DNA of 64,000 bases from Acidobacteriota bacterium (GCA_037444825.1 JBBILR010000002.1:27984-91983); one strand, 5' to 3'. Positions 44,257-53,909 are shown, counted from the first letter of the stretch. The notes: generated from the sequence alone by a model not told the origin. Made by a program: numbers and translations.

Positions 44257-46062
44257 TCAAGACCTCTTCCATGCGGCCACCCGGGGGCTGGCGTTCTGCT
44301 TGAAAAAGGCCGGAAGCTCCCGGAGAGCGGCCTCCGCCGAAGGCCTGTCCGGGTAGAGGCCCCAGATGACCCGGAAGCAGGAGCGGCCTTTGAGGTCGTA
44401 GGGAAGGACCATGAAACGCTCGTCGCCGGCGGCGGCCTGGAGGCCCTTGGCGAGGGTCTCCGGCTGGCAGGCCACCTCCACGTCCACGGTGAAGGCGGCC
44501 GCCCTTCCCCTCAGGGCGCCGGCGAAGGCCCGGGCCGCCTCGGCGTACCGCCCCGCCTCCAGCAGGCGGCGGGCCTCGGCGTCCGTGGCGGGGGCCGGCG
44601 GGGTCGGGGGCGGGGGTTCGCTCCGAGAAGCGGGGGTGGCCTCGGGAGGCGAAGCGGCCTCGGGTGCGGAAGCCGCGGGGGAAGGAGCGGGGAGCGTAGG
44701 TTCCGGAGCCGGTGGTGTGGCCGGGGTTCCGGGAGTGCCGGCGGCCTGGGAGGGGGTGGGGGGCGGCCCTTCGGGTTCCGGCGAGGGGGCGGGGGCCTCC
44801 GGCGTGCGGACCGCCGGGGCGGCCGGTTCCAGGGGCACGTAGGGGGAGGGTTTCAGGAAGAAGTACCACAACGAGAAGGCCGCCACGGCCAGAACGGCCA
44901 GGACGGCGGCGGCGCCCAGGAGAAGGCGGCGGGGGCGGCCCGCGGCGCGTGGCCGCTCCCCCGACCTTCCCGGGGGCTCGTCGAGGCCCTTGGCGGCCTC
45001 CGCTTCTCCTTCCGGAAAGAGAAGTTCGGGGCGGGAGCCTCCTCCGTCCACGCGGATGGGCCGAAAGGAGGGGGCCGGGGGGCGGGGAGGCCGGCCGCCT
45101 TCCACTCGGATGGGCGGCGGCGGGGGGGACATGCCCGGGAGGGAGGAGGGCAGGGACTCCTCCTCCGGTTCGGGGGAGGGGGGCTCCGGTTCCTCCTCGC
45201 TGGCGGAGGGGGCCTGGACCTCGAAGGGCAGGGGCGCCGGCGCCGAAGGCGGGGGAGGCAGGGTGGAGGGGGTGGGGCCCGGCACCTCGGGCGCTTCCGG
45301 GGCCGAGATGTCGAGGAAGTTGAGGTCGATGCGGGGCTCCTCGGCCTTGGGGGGCTCCTGGACCGGCGCGATCTCCACGTAGCCTAGGGCGGAAAGGCCG
45401 ATGAGGAGGCGGGCGGCGGTAAAGGGCTCCACGCCGGAGGCGTCTGCCACCTCCCGGGCGCTGTTCTTCCCGTTCACGGCGGCGAGGACCTTCCGTTCCG
45501 TTTCGGTGAGGCGGAGGGCGGGCATGGAGGCCCGGCCCTCGGGGGTCAAGGTGGGAACGTACGCGAGATCTCCGAGAACCCGCGCCGCCCAGGCCCGGTC
45601 CTCCACGGCAAGGGCCACGTCGAGGATGAAGCGGGGGGTGACCACCGGGAGCTTGGCCAGGTTCGGGGGGAGCACGCCCGGCTTGAAGATGGCCTGGCCC
45701 TCCTCCCAGTTGGCGGCGGAGACGGCGATGCGGCGCATCTGCTCCACGAGGGCCTCCAAGAGGTCCGCGGAGCCGAGGAACCCGAGCTCCACCAGCGTGC
45801 GGCCGATGGTCCGGTTCCCCTTCTTCTCCATGGCCATGGCCAGCTGGTCGGCGGTGAGCTTCCCCTTTTCGATGAGGATCTCGGTGAACTTGTCCTCGGC
45901 GGCGTTGGAGGCGGCGAAGAGGAACTGTCCCTCCTCGGCGTACAGGAACTTGCTCGTGGGGCCCTTCTGGAGAACCAGGGTTCCCGTCTGGTGTCCGCGG
46001 AAAACGTCGCCGAGGATGGGCAGGAGTTCACCCGGAGTGAGGGTGCGTGCCTCGGGGGCCAT
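44257..46062 (-). CDS. DUF4388-domain protein with long Pro-rich linker, one TM helix and C-terminal SPOR-like domain
   Basis: N-terminus GELLPILGDVFRGHQTGTLVLQKGP...FLFAASN fits the DUF4388 pattern. A ~250-aa low-complexity Pro/Glu/Ala stretch follows, then TM (LLLGAAAVLAVLAVAAFSLWYFF), then a SPOR-like C-terminus (FTVDVEVAC...CFRVIWGLYPDRPSAEAALRELP). ATG at 46062 with a GGAGGTGG RBS. Confidence 0.65.
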   Translation of the reverse strand: MAPEARTLTPGELLPILGDVFRGHQTGTLVLQKGPTSKFLYAEEGQFLFAASNAAEDKFTEILIEKGKLTADQLAMAMEKKGNRTIGRTLVELGFLGSADLLEALVEQMRRIAVSAANWEEGQAIFKPGVLPPNLAKLPVVTPRFILDVALAVEDRAWAARVLGDLAYVPTLTPEGRASMPALRLTETERKVLAAVNGKNSAREVADASGVEPFTAARLLIGLSALGYVEIAPVQEPPKAEEPRIDLNFLDISAPEAPEVPGPTPSTLPPPPSAPAPLPFEVQAPSASEEEPEPPSPEPEEESLPSSLPGMSPPPPPIRVEGGRPPRPPAPSFRPIRVDGGGSRPELLFPEGEAEAAKGLDEPPGRSGERPRAAGRPRRLLLGAAAVLAVLAVAAFSLWYFFLKPSPYVPLEPAAPAVRTPEAPAPSPEPEGPPPTPSQAAGTPGTPATPPAPEPTLPAPSPAASAPEAASPPEATPASRSEPPPPTPPAPATDAEARRLLEAGRYAEAARAFAGALRGRAAAFTVDVEVACQPETLAKGLQAAAGDERFMVLPYDLKGRSCFRVIWGLYPDRPSAEAALRELPAFFKQNASPRVAAWKRS

Positions 46063-46268
46063 GGCCACCTCCGGAGCGATTATGGGTTGGTCTCTTCGGC
46101 CTGTCAATCGAGACTCGAGCGAAAGGGGCGGCGAGCCGGGGGACCATGAGGGGTGTTCCCTCCCGATCGAGGTCAGGCGCCGCTTTGCACACCCGGGGGC
46201 TCTCCGGCAGGCGCGGGACGCGGCGGCGGCCCCTCGGCCCGGCCTCTCCGGGGTGGTATGCTCCCCCC

Positions 46269-47360
46269 ATGCGGGATCGGCGGCCCCGAAAGATCCTGGT
46301 GGTCCGTCTCTCCTCCCTGGGAGACGTGGCGCGGCTCCTGCCCTCCCTGAGAAGCCTGGAGGCCCAGGCGGAGCGGGTGGACCTCACCTTGGAGGACCGT
46401 TTCCTGCCCCTTCTGGCCCTCTTTCCCCCCAAGGGGCGGGTGGTGCCCTATCCCAGGCGGTCCGCCGGCTCGCCCCTGAGGAACCCCAGGAGGTGGGCCA
46501 GGGCCATGGCGGCGTACGTTCGCGCGCTACGGGAGGAGCCGTACGACCTCGTCCTGGACCTCCACGGCATCCTTCGGTCGGCGGTGGTGGCCCGCCTCGC
46601 GGGAGGGGAGGTGGCCGGGTACGGACGGGGTTTCGGCAAGGAGCACAGCCACCTCTTTTACGACAAGGTCCTCACCCCCGGCCCGTCGTACCGGCTCTCG
46701 AGGTACGAGCGCTACGAGGGGGCCCTCCGGGCGCTGGGTTTCGAGGCCCCCCGGGGGGAGGAGCCCCTGGTTCCCCAAATCCCCGAAGGTGCCCGCCGAG
46801 ACGTGGAGGCCTTTTTCGAGGCACGGGGCCTGCGGCCGGGGCGGTACCTCCTGGCCTTCCTCGGCACCAGCCGGGCCCAGGCCCGCAAACGGTGGCCCCC
46901 CTTCCGCTTCGCCGAATTGGCCGCCGAGGCCCACGGGCGGTGGGGGCTCCCCACCGTCGTGGGGTGGGGCCCCGACGAAGAGGAGGCGCTCTCCTCCCTC
47001 CCCGAGGCCCCCTGGCTTCACGTTCCGCCCCTCTGGCCCCTGGACCGGCTCCTGGAGGCGGTGCGCCTCTCGGCGGCCTTCGTGGGGGCCGACACCGGCG
47101 CCATGCACCTCAGCGCCCTCCTGGGGGTTCCCACGGTGGCCCTCCTGGGCCCCACCGATCCGGTGGTGAACCGCCCCTACGGGAACCGCCACCGGATCGT
47201 TCACGACCCCCTGGCGCGAAAGGCCTGCGCCGGGCCGGGGTGCCCCCACCGCTCCTGCATGGGCCGCATCGAAGCCCGCGCGGTGGCCGAGGCCCTGGAG
47301 GCCCTTCTCGCGGAGGAGGGGCTTGCCCTTGCCGCGAAGGCGGGGGAGGAGAGACCGTGA
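46269..47360 (+). CDS. glycosyltransferase family 9 (heptosyltransferase-like)
   Basis: KILVVRLSSLGDV N-terminus and C-terminal GADTGAMHLSALLGVPTVALLGPTDP. 363 aa. Confidence 0.8.
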   Translation: MRDRRPRKILVVRLSSLGDVARLLPSLRSLEAQAERVDLTLEDRFLPLLALFPPKGRVVPYPRRSAGSPLRNPRRWARAMAAYVRALREEPYDLVLDLHGILRSAVVARLAGGEVAGYGRGFGKEHSHLFYDKVLTPGPSYRLSRYERYEGALRALGFEAPRGEEPLVPQIPEGARRDVEAFFEARGLRPGRYLLAFLGTSRAQARKRWPPFRFAELAAEAHGRWGLPTVVGWGPDEEEALSSLPEAPWLHVPPLWPLDRLLEAVRLSAAFVGADTGAMHLSALLGVPTVALLGPTDPVVNRPYGNRHRIVHDPLARKACAGPGCPHRSCMGRIEARAVAEALEALLAEEGLALAAKAGEERP

Positions 47361-48166
47361 CGGCATCGGGCATCTGGACCGACAGCCACGCCCACCTGGC
47401 CATGGAGGACTTCGCCCGGGACCTCCCGGAGGTGGTGGAGCGGGCCCGCCGGGCCGGGGTGGAGGGGATCCTGGTGGTGGGAACCTGCCCCGAGGACTGG
47501 GCCCCCTCGGCTCTGGCGGCGGCCCGCTTCGGCTTTCGGGCCACGGCGGGTCTCCACCCCCACGAGGCGCGGCGCTGGGGGGAAAGCCGGGAGCTTCTCC
47601 GAAAGGCCCTCGGCCACCCCCTTGTGGCCGCCGTGGGGGAGGTGGGCCTCGACTACCACTACGACCTCTCCCCCCGGGAGGACCAGCGGCGCGCTTTCGA
47701 AGAGCAGGTGGCCCTGGCCCTGGAGGCGGACCTTCCGGTGGTGGTCCACTCCCGGGAGGCCTTCGAGGACACCCTGGCGATCCTGAGGGGGGCCGGTCCG
47801 TCCCTTCGGGGGGTCCTCCACTGCTTCACTTACGGGCCCGCCGAGGCGGAGGCCTTCCTGGGGCTGGGCCTTTTCCTTTCCTTTTCGGGGATCGCCGCCT
47901 TCCCGAAGGCCGGCAAGGTGCGGGAGGCGGCCCGGGCCACCCCCCTCGGCCGTCTCTTGGTGGAGACCGACGCCCCCTACCTGGCGCCCCCCCCGTTTCG
48001 GGGAAAGCGGTGCGAGCCGGCCTTCGTGGTCCGCGTGGGGGAGTGCCTGGCCGAGGACCGAGACCTCCCTCCCGGGGAGGTGGCCCGGGCCGCGACGGAG
48101 AACGCCCGGAAGCTCTTCGGCCTCGGCGGCGGCCAGGGCCCCACCGGCGAGAAAAAAAGCCCGTAA
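47357..48166 (+). CDS. tatD: TatD-family metal-dependent hydrolase (DNase)
   Basis: DSHAHL, GLHPHEA, GEVGLDYHY, VVHSREAF and ETDAPYL motifs. GTG start overlapping the GT9 stop (GTGA). Confidence 0.85.
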   Translation: MTASGIWTDSHAHLAMEDFARDLPEVVERARRAGVEGILVVGTCPEDWAPSALAAARFGFRATAGLHPHEARRWGESRELLRKALGHPLVAAVGEVGLDYHYDLSPREDQRRAFEEQVALALEADLPVVVHSREAFEDTLAILRGAGPSLRGVLHCFTYGPAEAEAFLGLGLFLSFSGIAAFPKAGKVREAARATPLGRLLVETDAPYLAPPPFRGKRCEPAFVVRVGECLAEDRDLPPGEVARAATENARKLFGLGGGQGPTGEKKSP

Positions 48167-48172
48167 AAAGAC

Positions 48173-48205
48173 GGACGGCCGGAATGGGGGGGCTTCCGGC
48201 CGTCC
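48173..48205. terminator. bidirectional intrinsic terminator between convergent tatD and usp
   Basis: Perfect 12-bp stem GGACGGCCGGAA / TTCCGGCCGTCC with a 9-nt loop. On the minus strand it is followed by GTCTTTTTACGGGCTTTTTTTC (strong U-tract, serves usp). On the plus strand it sits 7 nt after the tatD stop with a weaker U-region. Confidence 0.6.
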
Positions 48206-48274
48206 AGGGAAACTCGGCGTGTTTCTGGAGAGAGCCGCCGAGTACCCCTAATATAACACCTTTGAAGGGAAATT

Positions 48275-48739
48275 TCACCCCTCCCGGTCACCCCCCTTGT
48301 TCTGGGCCCGAACGGTGAGGACCGGGCAGGGGGCGCGGCGCAGCACGCGCTCCGCCGTGGAACCGAGGAGGACGTGGGCCATTCCGGTGTAGCCGTGGGT
48401 GCCCATGACGATGACGTCGGCCTTCTCTTCCGCGGCCACCCGCACGATCTCCTGGGAGGCGCGGCCGTGTTCCACCCGGCTCAGGATCTTTTCCCGGGGG
48501 ACCTCCAGGGAGGCCGCCACCTCTTCCAGGGACTGCCGGGAGCGCTCCATGAGGCGCTCCTCCACGTCTCCGGAGGTCATGGGGCCGAAGGTGAAGTCCG
48601 AGGGGGCCACGATGGGCTCCACCACGTAGACCAGGATCAGCCGGGCGTCGAAGAGATCCCGAAGCGAGGTGGCGAGGCGAAGGGCGGAGAGGGAGACTTC
48701 CGAAAAGTCGATGGGGCAAAGGATCGTCGTCCATTTCAT
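48275..48739 (-). CDS. universal stress protein (UspA family)
   Basis: 154 aa. ATP-binding motif VIVMGTHGYTGMAHVLLGSTAERVLRRAPCPVLTV. GGGAGGG RBS. Confidence 0.88.
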   Translation of the reverse strand: MKWTTILCPIDFSEVSLSALRLATSLRDLFDARLILVYVVEPIVAPSDFTFGPMTSGDVEERLMERSRQSLEEVAASLEVPREKILSRVEHGRASQEIVRVAAEEKADVIVMGTHGYTGMAHVLLGSTAERVLRRAPCPVLTVRAQNKGGDREG

Positions 48740-48823
48740 GGCGGGGCCCTCCCGTTTTTACCCAAAATATACTACCCTCTCCCCGGCGGCGCCAGCGGCC
48801 GCCGGGAAAGGAGCCCCGTGGCG

Positions 48824-49852
48824 ATGTCGAGGTTTCTGGCCGCCCTCCGGCGGCAACGGGTGGACGCCACCCCCATCTGGATCATGCGCCAGGCCGGGCG
48901 GTACCTGCCCCAGTACCGGGCCACCCGGGAGCGGGCGGGGGACTTCCTGGCCCTGTGCAAAACCCCCGAGCTGGCCGCCGAGGTGACCCTGCAGCCGGTG
49001 GAGCTCTTCGGCATGGACGCCGCCATCCTCTTCTCGGACATTCTCATCCCCGTGGAGGCCATGGGGGTTCCCCTGACCTTCCGGGAGGGGGAGGGCCCGC
49101 GCCTGGAGGCGGTGCAGGGCCCCATGGACCTCCGCCGCCTCCACGTCCCCGACCCCGAGACCGAGGTCCCCTTCGTCTTGGAGACCATCCGGATCCTGAG
49201 GGAGCGCCTGCCTCCCGGCGTTCCGCTCCTGGGCTTTTCGGGGGCCCCCTTCACCCTCGCCACCTACGTGGTGGAAGGGGGCACCTCCCGGAACTTCCGC
49301 CGCGTCCTCTCCTGGATGTACGAGGACCCCGCCACCTTTCGGGACCTGCTCGACCTGCTGGCCGAGGCGGTGACGGCGTACCTCGCGGCCCAGGCCCGGG
49401 CCGGCGCCCAGGCCCTCCAGATCTTCGACACCTGGGCCGGCGTCCTCTCCCGGCGGCTCTACCGGGAAATGGCCCTCCCCGTGACCCAGCGGATCGTGAA
49501 GGCGCTGGCCCCGCTGGAGGTGCCGGTGATCCTCTACGTGAACGGGTGTTCCCCCTTCCTGGAAGAGATGGCCGCCACGGGCGTTGATGGGATCTCGGTG
49601 GACTGGAGGGTCTCCCTCGCCGAGGCGGGGGAGCGGACCCGGGGAGCCGTGGCCCTCCAGGGGAACCTGGACCCCCTGGCCCTCTTCGGGAGCAGGACCA
49701 CCGTGGAGCGGGAAGCGGCCCGGGTCCTTGGCGAAGCCCCCGCCCGGGGCCATATCTTTAACCTGGGCCACGGCATCCTGCCGGACACGCCGGTGGAGAA
49801 CGTCCGGGCCCTCGTGGAGGCGGTCCACCGGCTGGGGAAGAGCGAACCCTGA
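48824..49852 (+). CDS. hemE: uroporphyrinogen decarboxylase
   Basis: PIWIMRQAGRYLPQY N-terminal signature, DAAILFSDIL, full length 343 aa. GGAAAGGAG RBS. Confidence 0.92.
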   Translation: MSRFLAALRRQRVDATPIWIMRQAGRYLPQYRATRERAGDFLALCKTPELAAEVTLQPVELFGMDAAILFSDILIPVEAMGVPLTFREGEGPRLEAVQGPMDLRRLHVPDPETEVPFVLETIRILRERLPPGVPLLGFSGAPFTLATYVVEGGTSRNFRRVLSWMYEDPATFRDLLDLLAEAVTAYLAAQARAGAQALQIFDTWAGVLSRRLYREMALPVTQRIVKALAPLEVPVILYVNGCSPFLEEMAATGVDGISVDWRVSLAEAGERTRGAVALQGNLDPLALFGSRTTVEREAARVLGEAPARGHIFNLGHGILPDTPVENVRALVEAVHRLGKSEP

Positions 49853-49906
49853 GGGGAATATCCCCCCTCCTTCCCTCGCCAGGGCCCCCCCAAGGGAGAA
49901 GAAGCG

Positions 49907-51298
49907 ATGTCCGAACGCTGGGCCGCCCCGGTCTTCGACAAGGCGATGATCCTCAAGTACGACCGACCGGGGCCGCGGTACACCTCCTACCCCACGGCGC
50001 CTTACTTCCACGAGGGCTTCGGGCCCCGGGAGTACCTAAGGGAGGTGGAGGAGACCAACGCCGCCCCCGACCCGCCCCCCCTCTCCCTCTACTTCCACCT
50101 GCCCTTCTGCAAGTCCGTCTGCTGGTTCTGCGGCTGCAACGTCACCTACACCAAGGACCGGGGGCTGGGGAACGCCTACGTGGACCACCTCCTGATGGAA
50201 ATGGACGCCTTGAAGGCCCGGATGGCCCCCTCCCGGAAGGTGGTCCAGATCCACTGGGGGGGCGGGACACCCACCTTCATCCCCGCGCCGGTCCTTCGGC
50301 GGCTCTGGGAGGGGATCGTGGAACGGTTCCCCCTGGACCCCGAGGCGGAGGTGGGGGTGGAGATCGACCCCCGGGAGGTCACCGAGGAGCACCTGGCCCT
50401 CTTCCGGGAGGCGGGGTTCAACCGCATCTCGTTGGGAATCCAGGATTTCGACCCGGTGGTGCAGAAGGCGGTCCACCGCATCCAGCCGGAGGATCTCACA
50501 CGGGACGTCATCGCCCGCTGCCGGGATCTGGGCTTCGCCTCCCTCAACGTGGACCTCATCTACGGCCTGCCCCACCAGACCGCGGACTCCTTCCGGTACA
50601 CCCTGGACCGGATCGTGGAGCTCTCCCCCGACCGCATCGCCACCTTCAACTTCGCCTACCTGCCGGAGATGATCCGCCACCAGCGGGCCATCGACGGCAA
50701 GGCCCTTCCCTCCGCCGACGAGAAGCTGGCGATCTTCCAGACGGCCGTGGAGACCTTCACGGCGGCGGGGTACGTCTTCGTGGGGATGGACCACTTCGCG
50801 CGTCCCGAGGATGAACTGGTCAAGGCGCTGAAGGACCGGACCCTCCACCGCAACTTCCAGGGGTACACCACCAAGGCGGGGTGCGACCTCTACGGCATCG
50901 GGGTCACCTCCATCGGGTCTCTGGGGCGCTGCTACGCCCAGAACGCCAAGGCCGTCGCCGAGTACCAGCACCGGGTGGCGGAGGAGGGGACGGCCGTCTT
51001 CCGCGGCGTGCGCCTCACCGACGACGACCTCCTTCGGAGGGACGTGATCACGCGGCTCATGTGCCACTTCGTCCTCGTCAAGTCCGAGATCGAGGAGAAG
51101 TACGGCCTCGCCTTCGACGAGACCTTCGCCGACGCCCTTTCGGACCTCGCGCCCATGGAGAGGGACGGGCTCATCCGGCTCCAGCCCGACCGGATCGAGG
51201 TGACGGCCCTGGGGCGCCTGTTGGTGCGCAACGTCGCCATGGCCTTCGACGCCTACCTCCGCAAGGGGGAGGCGAAGCGCTTCAGCCGGACGGTGTGA
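49907..51298 (+). CDS. hemN: oxygen-independent coproporphyrinogen III oxidase (radical SAM)
   Basis: YDRPGPRYTSYPTAPYF; HLPFCKSVCWFCGCN (CxxxCxxC); GGGTPT; C-terminal HemN_C helix bundle. Confidence 0.92.
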   Translation: MSERWAAPVFDKAMILKYDRPGPRYTSYPTAPYFHEGFGPREYLREVEETNAAPDPPPLSLYFHLPFCKSVCWFCGCNVTYTKDRGLGNAYVDHLLMEMDALKARMAPSRKVVQIHWGGGTPTFIPAPVLRRLWEGIVERFPLDPEAEVGVEIDPREVTEEHLALFREAGFNRISLGIQDFDPVVQKAVHRIQPEDLTRDVIARCRDLGFASLNVDLIYGLPHQTADSFRYTLDRIVELSPDRIATFNFAYLPEMIRHQRAIDGKALPSADEKLAIFQTAVETFTAAGYVFVGMDHFARPEDELVKALKDRTLHRNFQGYTTKAGCDLYGIGVTSIGSLGRCYAQNAKAVAEYQHRVAEEGTAVFRGVRLTDDDLLRRDVITRLMCHFVLVKSEIEEKYGLAFDETFADALSDLAPMERDGLIRLQPDRIEVTALGRLLVRNVAMAFDAYLRKGEAKRFSRTV

Positions 51299-51354
51299 AG
51301 GGAAAAGTGAGGAAGTCAGGAAGTCGGGAAGGGGAAAAGGGGGGACCGCGCCGC

Positions 51355-52437
51355 ATGAACGCTCCGGAAGCCCGTGGGGGCCTCCCTCACTCGCTCGCCT
51401 CCTCACTTCCTGACGGATCCCGGATCCCCACGGCCGTCCTCCTGATGAACTACGGGGGTCCGGAGGGTCCTGGGGACTGCGAGCCCTACCTCAGAAACAT
51501 CTTCCTCGACCCCGATCTGATCCCCCTCCCCGCCCTCCTTCGGCCTTTTCTCGCGAAGGTCGTGGCGAAGCGGCGGGCTCCCAAGCTCCGGGCCATCTAC
51601 GGCGCCATGGGCCGCTACAGCCCCACCCTGGAGGAGACCCGAGCCCAGGCCCAAGGGCTTCAGGCGCTGCTGGGGCCGGGCTTCCGCTGTTTCGTGGGGA
51701 TGCGGTACTGGAGGCCGGCCATCGCCCGCGCCTGCCAGGAGATCGCCGCCGCAGGCTTCTCCCGGCTGGTCCTCCTGCCCCTGTACCCCCAGCAGTCCCG
51801 CACCACCACCGGATCGGCCCTCCGGGAGGCCCGGCGAGCCCTGAAGGAGGCCCGCTTTTCCGGGGAAATCTTCGAGATCCCCTCCTTCCACCGGGAGGAG
51901 GGGTACCTCGAGGCCGCGGCCGCGCGCATCGAGGAGGCCTTGGAAGGGGCCCCCCCCCGGAGCCGCGCCCTCTTTTCCGCCCACGGCCTTCCCCTGTCGG
52001 TGGCCCGGAAAGACCCCTACCCCGCCCAGGTCCTGGAGACGGTGGCGGCCCTGTGTGAGCGGACGGGCCTGGCCTGCGGCCGCCTGGCCTTGGAAGAGCC
52101 CCCGGTGGGTCCCTTTTACGGCCCCGGCGAGGGGCGGATGCGGGCGCAGGTGGCCTGGCAGAGCAAAGTCGGGCCGGCGCGCTGGCTGAAGCCTTCCGTG
52201 GAGGAGGTACTCGCCCGGTGGGCGCGGGAGGGGGTGGCCCACGCCGTCGCCGTACCGGTGGCCTTCGTCAACGAGCACAGCGAGACCCTGTACGAGCTGG
52301 ACGTCCTGTACGCCGGCCTGGCCCGGGAGCTGGGCCTCACCTTTCGAAGGGCCGCCACGGTGGGAACGGCGCCGGCCTTCCTGGGAGCGCTGGCGGGGGC
52401 CGTCCGGCGGGTCCTGGGGGAGGAACGGGCCCCATGA
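51355..52437 (+). CDS. hemH: ferrochelatase
   Basis: TAVLLMNYGGPEGP N-terminus, LPLYPQQS, HGLP and the EHSETLYELD C-terminal motif. The upstream part of the ORF-track entry (50881-51354) is biased junk. Confidence 0.88.
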   Translation: MNAPEARGGLPHSLASSLPDGSRIPTAVLLMNYGGPEGPGDCEPYLRNIFLDPDLIPLPALLRPFLAKVVAKRRAPKLRAIYGAMGRYSPTLEETRAQAQGLQALLGPGFRCFVGMRYWRPAIARACQEIAAAGFSRLVLLPLYPQQSRTTTGSALREARRALKEARFSGEIFEIPSFHREEGYLEAAAARIEEALEGAPPRSRALFSAHGLPLSVARKDPYPAQVLETVAALCERTGLACGRLALEEPPVGPFYGPGEGRMRAQVAWQSKVGPARWLKPSVEEVLARWAREGVAHAVAVPVAFVNEHSETLYELDVLYAGLARELGLTFRRAATVGTAPAFLGALAGAVRRVLGEERAP

Positions 52438-53807
52438 CGGAAGGGCTGGACGCGGTGGTCCTGGGAGGGGGCATCAGCGGCCTCACGGCGGCCTTCCTCC
52501 TTAGGCAACGGGGCTTTTCGGTGCGGCTGCTGGAGGCCGCGGAGCGCCCCGGCGGCTGCATCACCACGTGGCGGAAGGACGGTTTCCTCTTCGAGCTGGG
52601 GCCCAACACCGTCCTCAACAACGCGGAGGAGATCGACCGCCTGTGCGGGGCGGCGGGCCTCCTGGGGGAACGGCTGGAGGCTTCCCCGGCGGCGAAGAAG
52701 CGCTTCGTCGTCAAGGGCGGCCGTCTCGTCGCCCTCCCGGCGGGGCCTCTGGGTTTCCTGACGACCCCCCTCTTCACCCTGCGGGCCAAACTTCGCCTCT
52801 TCCGGGAGCCCTTCATCCCCCCCGCGCCGCCCGAGACGGAGGAGACCATCGCGCAGTTCGTCCGCAGGCGCCTGGGCCGCGAACTTCTGGACTACGCCGT
52901 TTCCCCCTTCGTCTCCGGCGTCTACGCCGGGGACCCCGAACGCCTGTCGGTCCGCCACGCCGTGGCGAAGATTTACGCCCTGGAGCGCGAGCACGGGAGC
53001 CTCATCCGGGGCGCCCTGGCCCGGCGCAAGGGGCCCGCCCCCCAGGGGGGGCTCTTTTCCTTCCCCGACGGCCTCGAAACCCTTCCCCGCCGCTTGGCCC
53101 TCGCCCTGGGCGAGGGGTACACCGCCCCCGCCACCGTCCTGTCGGTGCGAAGGGAGGGGCCGGACTTCTCGGTGGTTGCCTCCCGGCCCGGAGGGCAGGG
53201 GGAGCGCCTTCAGGCGCGGGCGGTGGTCTCGGCCCTTCCGGCCGCCGCGGCCTCCGCCGTCCTTTCGTCCCTGGGGGGGGATTTCCCCTCTCGGATCCGG
53301 AGCCTCCCCTACGCCGACGTCGCCCTGGTCTGCCTGGGCTTTCGGCGGGAGGAGGTGGCCCACCCCCTCGACGGCTTCGGCTTCCTCGCGCCCGAGGTGG
53401 AGGGGCGCTTCGTCCTGGGCTGCCTCTTTCCCAGTTCCCTCTTCCCCGGCCGGGCCCCCGAGGGCCACGTGGCGCTGACGGCCTTCGTGGGGGGCGCCGT
53501 CCACCCCGAAAGGGCCTCCCTCGAAGCCCAAGAGCTGGTCCAGCGGACCCTTCGGGACCTCACCCCGCTCCTGGGGCTTCAAGGCTCGCCGGTTCTTCAG
53601 CGGGTGGAACGGTGGCGCCCCGCCATCCCCCAGTACAACCTGGGCCACGGGGCCTTCCTTCGGGCCGCCGCGGAGCTGGAGGGCTCCCATCCCGGCCTCT
53701 TCGTGTCGGGAAACCTCCTTTCGGGCGTCAGCGTCGGAAACTGCATCCAGAACGCCTACGCCGTGGCGGAGCGGGTGGAGGCCTTCCTCCGGGGGGGGCG
53801 TCCCTGA
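52434..53807 (+). CDS. hemY: protoporphyrinogen oxidase (FAD-dependent, HemY/PgoX type)
   Basis: FAD dinucleotide-binding motif DAVVLGGGISGLTAA with a downstream Glu (RLLEAAERPGG). 457 aa. ATGA overlap with hemH. Confidence 0.82.
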   Translation: MTEGLDAVVLGGGISGLTAAFLLRQRGFSVRLLEAAERPGGCITTWRKDGFLFELGPNTVLNNAEEIDRLCGAAGLLGERLEASPAAKKRFVVKGGRLVALPAGPLGFLTTPLFTLRAKLRLFREPFIPPAPPETEETIAQFVRRRLGRELLDYAVSPFVSGVYAGDPERLSVRHAVAKIYALEREHGSLIRGALARRKGPAPQGGLFSFPDGLETLPRRLALALGEGYTAPATVLSVRREGPDFSVVASRPGGQGERLQARAVVSALPAAAASAVLSSLGGDFPSRIRSLPYADVALVCLGFRREEVAHPLDGFGFLAPEVEGRFVLGCLFPSSLFPGRAPEGHVALTAFVGGAVHPERASLEAQELVQRTLRDLTPLLGLQGSPVLQRVERWRPAIPQYNLGHGAFLRAAAELEGSHPGLFVSGNLLSGVSVGNCIQNAYAVAERVEAFLRGGRP

Positions 53808-53854
53808 CGTCTCCGGCGCTCCTAGGCCATTTGCCCCAGGCCGGGGCGCCCTCG

Positions 53855-53884
53855 TTGACCCGCCTTTCTTTCCGCGGGTATACT
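53855..53884 (+). promoter_or_regulatory. sigma-70 promoter TTGACC-N18-TATACT upstream of ilvE
   Basis: -35 at 53855-53860, -10 at 53879-53884. AGGGGGT RBS 6 nt before the ATG at 53910. Confidence 0.5.
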
Positions 53885-53909
53885 GATTTCTTGTGCGATA
53901 GGGGGTTCC

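Noticed and set aside
39825-44303. 1492-aa plus ORF across purM 3' end, ECF sigma and MCP2
   Set aside because: Gly/Arg/Pro-rich shadow frame. Real genes occupy other frames or strand.
45401-47356. Upstream two-thirds of the 921-aa plus ORF (45401-48166)
   Set aside because: Only the last 269 codons (47357-48166) have TatD motifs. The rest is antisense to the DUF4388 gene or an alternate frame of the GT9 gene.
50881-51354. 158-codon upstream extension of hemH overlapping the hemN 3' end (also 52218-52433 for hemY and 21112-21624 for the aminotransferase)
   Set aside because: Extensions are Arg/Gly-rich and overlap well-supported upstream genes in another frame. Starts placed at ATGs matching family N-termini.
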